NCBI RefSeq assembly: GCF_963921235.1
Contig: NC_086108.1
Span: forward strand, 68,512,001-68,576,000
Source of the DNA: Mobula hypostoma
Taxonomy: Eukaryota
Reading direction: 5' to 3'
DNA length: 64,000 nucleotides
The notes under the pieces are model-generated. The model did no database searches, was not told where the DNA came from, and saw only the letters and a list, made by a program, of their open reading frames with translations. The first letter of the stretch is position 1. Each line of letters starts with the position of its first letter. This document shows, one piece after another, positions 1 through 13,054 of this stretch. Made by a program: the position numbers and the translations under genes.

Positions 1-1333
1 ATTTCTAAATTCCAGCAAGTACAGACCCAGAGGGGGGGATCTCATTGAACCCTTTCAAATGTTGAAAGGCCTCAAAAGAGTAGATGTGGAAAGGATGTTT
101 CCCATGGTGGGATAGTCTAGGACAAGATGGAACAGCCTCAGAATAGAGAGGCGCCCATTTAAATCAGCAATGCCTCGAAATTTCTTTAGACAGACTGTGG
201 TGAATTTGTGGAATTTATTACCACGGGCAGCTGTGGAAGGTAGGTTGTTGGGTTTATTTAAGGCAATGTTATGTAACCGGCAACAATGAATATCAATCGA
301 GACAGGTTATATAAAAACAACCAAACATTTATTAAACACGGATAAATGATAAGGTAAAAAAAAACAAACGAAAACTTTAACCGGAAGTTAACCGATATGC
401 AACCGTTCAACAAATCGACACTCGGCACTGGTTCTTAAAGCATTAAATGCGAAAATAGTTCTTAAAGCGATAAAGTCAAATATAGTTCTTAAAGCGATAA
501 ATTCAAAAGTCCAACAGATTTATACGTTCAATTGGGAGAGACTTCTCTGGAGAAGGATTTCTTCACAGACACGACTTTCCTGCTGGTTCTGTTCACAGGA
601 TTCACGATGCCGAAAATAAACAGTTTAAAATAACTGACCTTAAATTGTTTTAGAGAGAGAGCAAAACTTTGCATGAACTTCTTGCTCTTTTTGGCAAGAG
701 TTATCCTCGATACAGGTGGCTACTCCTCCAACGAAGACTCAATAAGGTCGATCCTTTATTAAACTGCCAAAAAATGCCGACTTCTCTCAATCCTTCGATC
801 CTGCACTTTGATAAATTCTTCACTCTCCCTTCTACTGTTGGAATGGGGTAAATCAACACATCTAGCAAAAATTTCCAGTCCAATAATATGGTATCTTGCA
901 ACAGAACGCAATACTCCGTTTTAAAGATGAAACTGCGTCACAAAAACAAACACACAACAGAAACGGAGACACAGCACATTCTACCTGGAAATCTACAAAC
1001 TAAAACCCAACTGCGTCATCCGGGGTCGACCCTTATATACCCATGGTGCACGTGTCATCACGTGACCTCACATCGATGGGAAAATCACATCAGGTGACCC
1101 TCAAAAGACCATTACATCATTCTCACAAAAAAAAACACAGATCTCCTTGAGCATGAAACAGCAGAGATGAATAGATTCTTGATTTGACACAGCATCAAAG
1201 GTTACAGAGAGAAGGCTGGGGAATCGGATTGAGGAGGGGATAAAAGGACCAGCCATGACTGAATGGCAGAGCAGACTTGATAGGCCAAATGGCATAAATC
1301 TACTCCTATGTCTTAAGGTCTTATAGTCTTATG
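1..1333 (+). mobile_element. CR1 LINE 3' end, degenerate, split by the solo LTR at 267-1160
   Basis: Matches the 3' ends of other CR1 copies here (ggggatctcattgaa...gaaaggatgtttcccatggtggg); reading resumes at 1161 gcagagatgaatagattc; ends in a tatggtct-like microsatellite tail at ~1307-1333. Confidence 0.85.
267..1160 (-). mobile_element. Solo LTR (~894 bp), same family as 30593-31527
   Basis: TGTTA...AAACA termini; 4-bp TSD gcaa/gcag in a CR1 target; AATAAA and TATA-like motifs on the minus strand; three gttcttaaagc repeats at 27-bp period (431, 458, 485). Confidence 0.8.
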
Positions 1334-2228
1334 TTTCAGTTTTTTTTAAAAAATGCTGCACATGTTTCTTTGGAAGGGGAAATATACATGCGAGTTTAAA
1401 AAAAAGGCAGAAAATGGACAAAATTCAAGGGTTCATGAACAGTACTGGGTGATAATGAAATTGAATTTGTGAAAAGCAGAAATGGCTGGATACATCGGAA
1501 AGATAAACACGTTCGATTGCACAACAGATAACTGGATGATGTATACTGAGCAAATAGAGCAATATTTTGAAGAAAATAAAATAGCCAATGAGAAACCAGT
1601 GCCAGTTTTGAATAGGTGGAAAAGCATGCAGTTTGTTTAGTTTTGTCTGCTCCAACCAAACCATCCAAAATGACCTTTACTAATATTTTGAATATAATGC
1701 AGAAGCATTTAGAACCAAAACCACTGTTAGATTTCATAAGTGGAATCAAAATGAAGGGAAGTCCATTACTACTTATATGGCTGACTTGAAGAAGTTATCT
1801 GAGCATTGTCTGTTCAGTGATGGGATTAATGATGCACTGAGAGATCTTTTAGTTTGTGGAATCTTACAAGAAAGCATTCAAAAAAGTCTCCTAACAGAAG
1901 CACAACTCACATTTAAAAGAGCAATTGACATCTCTGCATCAGCAGCTAGAGACACAAGTGATTTGCAGTCTGGAATGAAAGTGAGTGAGAACAAAATTGC
2001 TGTATCTAGATAGAGACCTGCCTGGCCCAACAAATTGTGTTACCATTGTGGTAGTGTCTCACATACACCAGACCAATGCAGGTTCAAAGGCAAAACTTGC
2101 AGAAAATACAACAAAGTAGGACACATACAAAGAACATGTTGCAAAGAAAAGTATAAATGGACTCCACAGAGAAGAAAAATAATAGTAACAGCAAGAGAAA
2201 GAAGAGTAATCCGGTAAATGTGAATGAC

Positions 2229-2861
<633 letters not shown>

Positions 2862-3278
2862 AATTGTACTTATCCACTTCTTTCCAATAGGATTTCTCAT
2901 ACAGTCAATGACCACACTGATTGCACTACTACTAATGAGGGTACTGGACTGCAGTATAACTTGTGGAAAAGACAAAATTCCAAAATCCATAACTGTGCAT
3001 GTGCTGATAGGCAGAAATAATGTGGCATAGTTGTTTGGTATCAATGATTTAGTGTTATTTTCTGCTGTAACTGTGTACTTTAAACTGCAAAGGTATTAAA
3101 TGGGGACAGCTAGATCAGTTGAATAAGCAGCAGCAGTAATGGCACACATTACAATGTAGAGCAAGTGGTTCACAATGATTTTTTGTTGTTGCTTATCTTA
3201 TCATGGTGTCTCCCATCTTCTTGCTGATATACTTTATTTGCATATTGTTGAAAAATTATAGTTATTTATGGTGTTTAG
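2862..3278 (+). other. Probable 3' UTR of the captured RCAN mRNA, no poly(A) tail
   Basis: AT-rich non-TE-looking sequence between the RCAN stop codon and resumption of integrase sequence at ~3279. Confidence 0.65.
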
Positions 3279-4555
3279 AGTAGCCAGAAGTGTTCCCAAT
3301 AGCCTCAAGCAATGCCCACTGTTAATGTATTGAGAAGGACTGGTGTTCCAGATATTTGTCATTCAAGAAAAGGAATGGAATAAGACACATTACTGATCGA
3401 GCACCTTGCCAAGCATTGTTTGGGATGCCAACACATCCAGAAGATGCCAAGAGCAGTGCCTCTCCATCCCTGTGAATGGCCTACATTGCCCTGGCAGAGG
3501 ATTCATGTGGATCTTGCTGAACCATTCATGGGCACAAATTTCTTGGTAGTATTGGATGCAGCTACAAAGTGGCCAGAAGTGTTCCCAATAGCCTCCACTA
3601 CACCATGCTCACTGTTGATATGTTCAGAAGCTTTTTCTCAAAGACTGGTATTCCAGAACACTCAGTCAGTGACAATAGACCAGAGTTTGTTGTAGAACGG
3701 TTTCAGTCATTCCTGAAAATGAATGGAATAAGACATATTGCATCTGCACCGTTCAACCCAGCTACAAATCGCTTAGTGGAAAGGTTTGTGCAGAGTCTAA
3801 AGAATGCACTGTAAGCAATGTCAGCAGAACACACTACACTGACACTGAATCAGAAGCTCGCCTATTTCCTCCTTGCATATCGCAATGCAGCACACTCCAC
3901 AAACAACAACTCACCAGTTATTCTGTTCCTGGGTTGTTTCTTGTGCTCACGCTTGGATCTCCTCAAACACAATCTCAGAAGGAGTATACAGGACAAACAG
4001 CTGAGACAAACTAAGGGCTCCTCAAACAAGGAGGTTCGATGTTTCACTCCTGGACAAGCAGTCCAGGCGAGGGACTACAGAGGTGATCAAAAGTGGGTGC
4101 TTGGAAACATTAAGGACAGAACTAGACCACTCTCCTACACAATGGAGATTGTGACTGATGTCATCTGGAGACAACACATCGATCAGCTGAGGACAGCAGA
4201 GTCAATTGATAGAGGAGAAAGATATTAGAGCTGTCACAACCACTTCCTGCGGTCCCAGAGACAACTCCTACAACCACCATGGAGGAGACCCAGGACCTGA
4301 GATTGTTTCACAGCCAGGGGTCTCACCGGCAAAGCAGAGTGATCCCCTTGTCAGGAAAGACGTTATCCCACAAAAGCAAAAAAATCCCCACGGCAATTAA
4401 ATCTTTAGGCCTGAACAGGACAATTTAAAACTTACTATGCTGTGGATGTCTATATAGTAGTTGCACATATAAGGTGACTACAGAGCAATATGTTACATAT
4501 GTGAGTCTGAAATGCATTCTATATTGAGTTGGAGTTATAGCTAAGCTGAGAGGAG

Positions 4556-4794
4556 TGTAGTGTATTTAGTATTCCAGTAATATTTGAGTAATATTGTAAA
4601 CATATTGTTTAATTAAGCATTCTATGTATATTTGCATAATTCACTATGGGTTATATGTCAGAAGTACATGATTGGCCTATGTCATTACACGACTATGTCA
4701 TATTGAGCGCCTCACTAAAGAGAAACTGAATACATGCATCCCTGGGCTCCTCTGATTTTCTTTCAATTAGTTTCTGGAGTTTAAAAATATAACA
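4556..4794 (+). repeat. 3' LTR of the RCAN-carrying Gypsy element
   Basis: TG...CA termini directly after purine tract gagaggag; 3' boundary inferred without a second LTR for comparison. Confidence 0.65.
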
Positions 4795-5649
4795 TAAAGT
4801 AACCACAAGTCAAAACCATAATAACTAAAACTTACCTTATTTTCTCAATGCTGCGTGAATGGTATTGCTTGTCTAACTTGGTACAGAATGGTCGAGCAGA
4901 TTCTCTACTGTACATAGTGGTAAAATGCTGCAATTTTGTCTTCTGTCATGAGGAATCAAAGAGCGGAGTCTGGTCCTGAATATACTGTGGAACACTGGCC
5001 AGGAAGTTCATAACAACCGTATTCATATCTGCATATGAAGGAATCCTGAACTTGCAGGCCAGAATGGAAAAGAAGACAATTGCTTGGGGCTATTTTAAAT
5101 GGAATAATGTTTTTTTTGGCAAATTAAAATCATCAACTGCATAGAATTTCCCCACTGTTTATTTCTTAGATTGTAATCTTGCTCACGTGAACCCCGCCGA
5201 ACTTCACAAAATACCTCCACCTACCGCTAACACCCAAATATTATTCTTTTTAATAAATACACCACTTCTATCTGCCTTCGTATTTAATTCATCTTATTAT
5301 AGCAAAGTAAGTCCTTCTGGATCCCAATTAACGTTTACTACTGCTGTTTTCTCTCTGTTGAAAACTCAAAAGAGCTGACAAAGCAGTACCTGTCGATGGG
5401 GAAATGAAAGTCAGCCATCTGTTCTAATTCAAATTTCAAAATCCTCTTAAATATGCTCTAGTCACCTATTAATCTGAACCAAGAGTAGGGCAATTTCAAG
5501 GAGGTTTTTTTTTCTTTCATTTAAGGTGAATTATTTGTTGTATCAGCAAGTTTTAATTTCAAATTACATATATATATGTAGATGATAACTGTCATTTGAT
5601 CAAATCTAGTAATAAACAATTTACTAAACGTAGAAAACAGTAATAAGTA

Positions 5650-6536
5650 CAGAACTCCTATGTGCAAGGAATTGAATTTATTCACATTATCAATAAGCAG
5701 GCCTTTCAGCCCTACATATCTGCACTGACCATGATGCCAGATTAAACTAATCCTACTTGCCTGCACATGCTCTGTATCCCTCCTGTCTGTCCATGAGCTT
5801 GCATAAATGCCTCTTAAATGTTGGCATTGTATCTGCGTCTACCAAGGTACCACTTCTCCTCCTCTCTACGCTAGCGTGCCACCTCCTGCTCTCTATGTAA
5901 AAAAAATTGCCTCACTGATCTCCTTCAAACCCTCTCACCTTAAACCCATGCCCATGAGTATTTGGTATTTCCACCCTGAGAGAAATATCTCTATCTATCT
6001 TATATCTGCTTCTCACAATTTTATATTTTTCTTTCAGGTTGCCCCTCAGCCTCCGACACTCCATAGAGAACAATCCAATCTTATCCAACCTCATCTAATA
6101 GCTAATATGCTCCAATCTAGACAACATGCTGGTGAACCTCTTCTGCACTCCCTCCACAGACCCAACATCCTTCCTTTAGTATGGCAACCAGAATTGCATG
6201 CAATACTCCAAATGAGGCCTAACCACTGTTTTATACTCAGTGCATTGGCAGATGAAGGCAAGCATGACATGCACTTTCTTTACGATCCTGTCCATTTGTG
6301 TCGCCTCTTTCAAGGAGCAATGGACTTGCACCCAGGATTCCAAGGTGTATATTAATGCTCCGAAGGGTACTACCATTTACTGTAAACTTTCTGCCTGCTT
6401 TCAACATCCCAAAATGCATCACCTCATGCTGGACTGGATTAAACTCTATCTGCTATTTCTCTCCCCAGCTTTCCAACTGATCTTTATCCTTCTGTTCCCT
6501 TTGACAACTTTCCTCACTATCCATAACTCCTCCAAT
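5650..6536 (-). mobile_element. CR1 LINE 3' fragment, degenerate
   Basis: Minus ORFs with VRPHLEYCMQFW and LFSMECRRLRGNL. Confidence 0.85.
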
Positions 6537-6695
6537 ATGTCTTGTTTTCTCTTTGTTGCCTTTGTTACATTGTCTACCTCACAATCTGTGCAAATCATTT
6601 CAGAAAGCATAAACAAATCAATTCTTTATTCACTTATAGCAAACTGGGTGTTGCTGGTAAAATAGCATTCATTACTCATCCCTAATTGCTCTTAA

Positions 6696-6867
6696 CCTCC
6701 ACGACCTGGATCAACAAGTTAAACTTGCGTGCTTCAAGGACTCCATCAGGTGATGCCAACATGTTGGAACAGCTGTGGACGGGATGCCAGACGAAGATTG
6801 ATCCGACCCTGGCTGCAGAAGGGACAGATTTGCATCTGCTCTCCCGGGCTATGCCATACAAAACAAC
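6696..6867 (+). mobile_element. 5'-truncated non-LTR retroelement 3' end (possibly Vingi/Ingi-like) inserted in an older LINE fragment
   Basis: 12-bp TSD aattgctcttaa (6684-6695) / aattgctgttaa (6868-6879); ends gccatacaaaacaac. Clade assignment tentative. Confidence 0.55.
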
Positions 6868-7152
6868 AATTGCTGTTAAGATGGTCATAATAAGTTGCCT
6901 TCTTGAACTGCTGGAGTCCTTCTGCCATTACATTAGGAATTCCAGAATTTAGAGTCCATTACAATGAGGGAATAGGGTATTATTTTTATCTGGATGGATA
7001 CAGATAGGTGATGATTTTCCATGTATCTAAAGCCCTTCCACTTCTTAATGCTGGAGATCATGAGTTAAGGGGTGCTGTTGGAATAGCCTAGACATGTAAT
7101 TGTAGTGTACTTTGTAGATGGCGTGCGCTGCCGTCACTGTGGAAGAAATGTA

Positions 7153-7628
7153 CGAGGGGTGATTGATAACTTCATGGCCTAAGGTAGAAGGAGTCAATTT
7201 TAGAAAACCTAGAACATTTATTTTTCAACATAGTCCCCTCCTACATTTACACACTTAGTCCAGCGGTCGTGGAGCATACAGATCTTGGACCTCCGGAAAG
7301 TGTCCACAGCAGGGGTGATTGATACGTTCGTGGCCTAAGGTAGAAGGAGAGGAGTTACACAGCTCTTGTTACATGCACATGCAGTTCAGCTCTTTGAGTG
7401 ATTATGCAGAAAGTTTGAAGTTAATAACTCATCAGTTAATAACCCATCAGGGGTGATTGATAACTTTGTGGCCTAAGGTAGAACGAGATGAGTTATTATC
7501 TGTCCGTTCCACGACTGCTGGACTAAGTGTGTAAATGTTGGAGGGGACTATGTTGAAAAATAAATGTGCTAGGTTTTCTAAAATTGACTCCTTCTACCTT
7601 AGGCCACAAACTTATCAGTCACCCCTCG
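7153..7628. mobile_element. Non-autonomous Tc1/mariner-type MITE
   Basis: ~123-bp terminal inverted repeats (7153-7275 / 7506-7628) starting CGAGGGGTGATTGATAA; TA at 7151-7152, CA on the right; two extra internal copies of the terminal motif at ~7311 and ~7449. Confidence 0.9.
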
Positions 7629-9470
7629 CATGTTGAGGGTAGCGGATGGGGTACAAATCAAGCAGAGTGACTTGCCTTGGATGACATCTGCTTCTTGAAA
7701 GTTGATGAAGCTGCACACATCCAGATTCCTGGGAAGTATTTATGATACTCCTTTGTGGATGCACGGACACTGTTTGGAGTATCTGAATGAGTCACCTACT
7801 GCACAATGCTCAACATTTGATCTGCTCATGTAACCATAGTATTTAATAGGGCTTGTACAAAAGTAGAAAAACAAGAAAACAGGAAGAGGTGGACCATCCG
7901 GCCTGTGTCACAGTTCCATAAAACCAGGGCTAAGCGATCTCAGATCTCAATTTCTCGTCTGTGCCAGATCTCCAAACCCTCGATCTCCTTACCTTTCAAA
8001 AGTTGATCTACCTTTACTTTAGCTACTTCAAATTAGCTAGCCTCCATAATCCCCAGGGCAGTGAATTCCAGAGATTTACCATCCTTTGTGAGAAAGTCCA
8101 GCTTATTTCTGGACAGTGCTAACTCTTAGGATGCTGATGGTGGGAGATAGGATGTTCTTAGTGCCATTCAATGTCAAGAGTAGATGGTGAGATTCTTTCT
8201 CGTTGCAGTTGGTTATGTCTTGTCTTTATGGCATAAATGTTCCTTGTTACTTAGTCTCCCATGCCTGAATGTTTTCTTGGTCTTGTTGCATGTAGGCACG
8301 GACTACTTCATTGGTGAGAAGTTGCAATTGGAATATCTGTTCCACTTGTTTATCACATACAGAGGCAAAAACAAAGATTAAAGAGAGAAAAGCAAAAATT
8401 AAATATTTACTTTATTAAAACTGCAATACAAATTCACTTCTGAACAAACGTGACCCCACCCATAAAATTAAATTATGAAGGACAGTCCTGTTGGCAATAT
8501 AAGCAATAGACTGTGGTATGTGAGACCTTTTGCTGGTCAAACAATCTTCTGATAGTTGTGAACATGAAGAATGGCTACTTTATTTTAACCATTGAAGAAT
8601 CTGTGTTCCAGCAATGACAAGTAGAAGTTCATAAAATTGAAGTTCATAAGTGTTTAATCACTTAAACATCCCTAACCTGCATAAAAGTAATTTGCAATAT
8701 TAATCCTTATACATGAAGTAATGAACTACATTAGTAAGACAGGAATGCATTGTTATTTCAAGCACATTTATATTCAAGTCTTATAAAATGTGGAAGCTTT
8801 GGAAAAAGATATTAAAATGATAAAAATTAAAATTCAATCAACTGGGAAAAAAGTGACATCCCATAGGTGACAGTCATCAAGAGGTGAACTTATCGCTCCT
8901 CAGAAGAAAGCTGTGTGAGGGATGAGTAATTTATATTCATAAAAAAGTTTAAAATTTGGTTCTGAGGCCACATGTTTTGTTGGTTGAGAATATTGCTACA
9001 AAGTTTGGATGGCAATACTTTTTCTGTCATGGTCCAGATCGGGGTCCCTTTAAATTTACTTTGTTTATGTTACGATTCGGACCGTTGACTCCCTGTTTCC
9101 CTTTGGTTCCCTGTTTTCCCGTGTCCCTCAGCCTTGTTGATTAGAGGCAATTTACTCTCGGCTGAACCGGTAGTTTATAGTCTCCGGCTTTCAGCTGTTT
9201 GGCACAAAAGCGTCTGCAAAGTCACCAAAGGTACGGTGTGCCAATGTCATCTGGCCAGAGCAAGCCTAGTCTCCACCTGAAGCGAGTGCCGGTAATCTGC
9301 CTTTCCTCACCGGAGCAACCCTGTCAAGTTACCTCGCCAAAGTGAGCCTGCAAAGTTTCCTCACCATGGTGGGTCCGTCAGTTAACCCGCCGGAGGGAAT
9401 CAAGAACCACTGTCTACTGTTCCCGGGCCGAATCGAGAGCTCGCCACTACCCGGAGGCTCCAAGTCAAGT

Positions 9471-9624
9471 CCCGGCCCTGGCGGCATCCAAGTTCCGAGT
9501 CGAGTCCCGGCCCTGGCGGCATCCAAGTTCCGAGTCGAGTCCCGGCCCTGGCGGCATCCAAGTTCCGAGTCGAGTCCCGTCCCTGGCGGCATCCAAGTTC
9601 CGAGTCAAGTCTTGGCCCTGGCGG
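9471..9624. repeat. 35-bp tandem repeat, ~4.4 copies
   Basis: cccggccctggcggcatccaagttccgagtcgagt starting at 9471, 9506, 9541, 9576, 9611. Confidence 0.95.
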
Positions 9625-9767
9625 TCTGTGATTCCAGTCCTACCCCACCTTCTGAATCCCTTCTCTGCCCCTCTCGCCTCTAGCCCTTGTCTGCAGCCCT
9701 CGCCTGCACTTCGGTCTGGTTCTATCGCCAGAGCTAGATAGGTACTGTCTGGTGTTCTTTCGTGTTG

Positions 9768-10051
9768 GTCTTGTCTTGTCCTCGCCTCTGTGGGGTAAGT
9801 CAGGCCATCTTGCCGTTGCCCCGTGGGGGGTCATGTCTTGTCTTGTCTGGTCCTTGCCTCCGTGGGGTAAGTCTGGCTGTCTTTCCGTTGCCCCGTGGGG
9901 TGGTCATGTCTTGTCTTGTCTTGTCCTCGCCTCCGTAGGGTAAGTCTGGCCATCTTGCCGTTGCCCTGCAGGGGGTCATGTCTTGTCTTGTCTTGTCCTC
10001 GCCTCCGTAGGGTAGGTCAGGCCATCTTGCTGTTGCCCCACAGGGGGTCAT
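9768..10051. repeat. ~70-bp tandem repeat, ~4 copies
   Basis: Unit gtcttgtcttgtcctcgcctccgtggggtaagtcaggccatcttgccgttgccccgtgggggtcat with variants. Confidence 0.9.
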
Positions 10052-11117
10052 GAGTCCCGGCCCTATGTTCTGTACCCAAGGTGGGGTCCCGGCTCTCTGT
10101 TCTGTGTGCGAGTCCCAGCCCTATGTCCTGTACCCAAGGAGGGGTCCCAACTCTGTGTTCTGTGTATGTGTTCATGGTTCCATGTACCTGCTCTCCCGAG
10201 ACCGAGGCTCTGTTTATCCATGTTCCTCCTCTCCCTAGCCCATGTCATGTCCATGCCTGGTTCTGGGGTCCGAGCCCGAGGCAAGACCCGGGTAGTGGGT
10301 CCTTGCCCAGTCCCTGGCTCGGAGTCCATACCGTAGCCTCTTCATGTCGCCTCTAGTTCTGGGATCCTATTCCGAGTCCGAGCCCAGACCCTGGTCCCAG
10401 CCCTGAGTCCTTGTCCAGATCGCTATTCCTGCTTCTGCTTTGCTCTCCTGGTATCAAACAATAAACTCAATTTACTTAACCTCACAAGATGTGTCTTGCA
10501 TTTGGGTCCACCCTTGCTCCCAATGCCCCATCATTGTGACATCTTCCCATATGTTGCTACAAATTTTCATTTATGCAAGATACCACTGCGAATGATGTTT
10601 CTACTATTCTATATTTACTTGCATACTTTTTGAATAGTAGGTAGGCTTTGAAATGCCTTTAAAAAATCTCTGAACTTTGCTTAATTGAATCATTTACTTC
10701 ACTTCATTCAAAAATATTATTATTTTCTTCAATGTGGTAGACTAAAATTCAATGGTACGTATTGTTAGACACAATTGATGTCATTATTAATTGTCACATA
10801 ATGGTGCACTCAGAACAATCCAAGCAGACTTTGTAGCTTTAAATTTTGGAGATAGCCCTTCATTGAAACACTTAATACAGATGCATAGATGATATATTTC
10901 TTGTGTAGTCACTAATGGAAAAAGTTACGCAAGTTGCATTCATTAGTTCTGCATGTACTGTTATATAGGAATAAGGGAGCATTTACCAGAGTGTGCAAAT
11001 GAACTCACCTATATATTCTTGTCTAAAAGTGGAAAGGCTTTTACACAAAGTAAAACAATTCAGGCTTGCAAGAAAAGAAAGCAAGGTGCAAAATTTTTTC
11101 AATGTGCATGTATGTTT

Positions 11118-12400
11118 TTCATGCTAAGCTTGTCAGTTTTATCAACTTCGCCTCTAACTTCCATCCTGTCCTTAAATTCACTTGGTCCATTCCTGATAAC
11201 TCCCTCCTCTTTCTCAAACTCTCTGACTCCATCCCTGGAGCAAACTGTCAACCATCATCTTTTATAAACCTACTGAGTCCTATGGTTTTCTTGACTATAC
11301 CTCGTTCCCACCCTTTCTCTTGCAAAAATGCCTTTCCCGTTTCTCATGTTTCTTTGCCTCTGCCACATCTGTTTCCAGGACATGGCTTTCCATTGCTTTC
11401 ACTTCCCGTGCATCTACACTCACCCCATCTTCCTGCTGCTTTAATAATGATAGAGTTCCTCTTGTCTTTACCCCCTCAGCCTCCACATACAGCACATTAC
11501 CCTCTGCAACTTTTGCTTTCTCCAATGGGATCCTATCACTAAACATCTCCCTATCTCCCACCCCACCCCCCACCCAGCCTCGCTAATCTCCCTCCTGGCA
11601 CTTATCCCTGCAAGCTGCCTAATTACTACACCTGCCCACACATGTCCTCCCTCACCTCAATTCAGGGCCCCAAACAGGCCTTCCAGATGAGGCAACGCTT
11701 CACCTGCAACTCTGCTGGGGTCATCTATTGTGTTCGGTGCTCCTGAAGCGGCCTGCTCTACATTGGTGATATCCATTGTAAATTGGGGGCCGGCTTCAGA
11801 GAGTACCTCCGCACCATCCGCCACATTGGGAATTCCCAGTGGCCAGACATTTTAATTCTAATTCTCCTTCCCCATTCCGACGTGTAAATCCTTGACCTCC
11901 TTTTGTACCAAGATGAGGCCACCCGCAGGGTGGAGAAGCAACACTTTATATTCCATCTGGGTAGCCTCCAACCTGACGGCATGAATATCGATTTTCCTTC
12001 CAGTGAACGTATTCTCCTGCTTGCACCTTCTCCCCAATCCACCACTTCCTCTATTCCCCGATCTGACCTTTTACTTCTTCTCACCTCCCTATTACTTCAC
12101 CCTGGGTCCCCTCCTCCTTCCCTCTCTCCTATGGTCTACTCTCTTCTCCTATCAGATGCCTTCCTCTCCAGCTCTTTACCTTTCCCACCTACCTGGTTTC
12201 ACCCATCACCTCCCAGCTAGACTCTTTCCTCTCCTCCCACCTTTTTATTTTGGCATCTTACCCTTTCCTTTCCAGTCCTGAAGAAGGGTCTCAGACCAAA
12301 ATGTTGACTGTTTATTCATTTCCATAGATGCTGCATAGAGTTTCTCAAGCACTTGTGTGTGTTGCTTTAGATTTCAAGTGTCTATAGACTTTCATCATAT
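11118..12400 (+). mobile_element. Penelope-like element 3' half, degenerate
   Basis: INFASNFHPVLKFTWSI (RT C-terminal part), GIY-YIG-like gtcatctattgt...ctacattggtga, pyrimidine-rich tail, decayed hammerhead at 12274-12309; homologous to 19649-22011. Confidence 0.85.
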
Positions 12401-12693
12401 TATGTTTTTTCTAGATAATAATACCCATCCTTTCCTATCTGCTCTTCCTAGCATCCAGGGACCAGAACAGTCTAAAGGTGAAGCAGTCACTTGCATTTCT
12501 GACAATCTAGTGTAATGTACCTGATGTTCACAAAGAAACCAAACATAGACTGGATGATAATTTTATGGATGGCCTGCAAGAGCTTCCTGCTTCCTGCCAC
12601 ATTCATTGGCTATCCCACTCCTGATCTGACTGTAGTCTCCTGCAAAGTTACCACAAGGCCCAATACAATTTTGGAACCAGGTCTGTCTGTAGT

Positions 12694-12729
12694 AGTCCTG
12701 ACGAAGGGTCTCGGCCTGAAACGTCGACT
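12694..12729 (+). ncRNA. Minimal type I hammerhead ribozyme motif (Penelope-associated)
   Basis: AGTC-CTGACGA-AGGGTCTCGGCCT-GAAAC-GTC^GACT: helix I AGTC/GACT, CUGANGA and GAAA cores, loopless palindromic helix III (ACGT), GUC cleavage triplet at 12723-12725. Confidence 0.8.
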
Positions 12730-12791
12730 GCGCCTCTTCCTATAGATGCTGCCTGGCCTGCTGCGTTCACCAGCAACTTTGATGTGTGTTG
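12696..12791 (+). mobile_element. 96-bp Penelope-tail mini-insertion headed by a hammerhead motif
   Basis: Perfect 13-bp TSD ctgtctgtagtag (12683-12695 / 12792-12804), inside an older Penelope-like remnant (~12410-12850). Confidence 0.85.
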
Positions 12792-13054
12792 CTGTCTGTA
12801 GTAGAACTGGTCATTTCTGCAAGTTATCCATTTATGACTTTTCTCTCTCCATTAGAACAATACGGTCTGCTCGGAAAGACAAAGAAACATAATCTGATTC
12901 TAATTTCCACATTAGCTAATTTGATATTGCCTTACTTGAGGTATTCCCTCTTTACATCTTTTAATCGATATTCATGCTGTCAGGTTGGAGGCTACCCAGA
13001 CGGAATATAAAGTGTTGCTTCTCCACCCTGCGGGTGGCCTCATCTTGGTACAAA

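Larger units (their letters stand above)
9025..10541 (+). mobile_element. Long solo LTR (~1.5 kb, Gypsy-like) with internal minisatellites
   Basis: TGTCA...TGACA termini; 5-bp TSD ttttc/tcttc; AATAAA at 10460; GC-rich island in AT-rich flanks. Confidence 0.8.

Noticed and set aside
9471..9624. 35-bp repeats resembling a CRISPR array
   Set aside because: Head-to-tail repeats with no unique spacers, inside a eukaryotic LTR, no cas genes.
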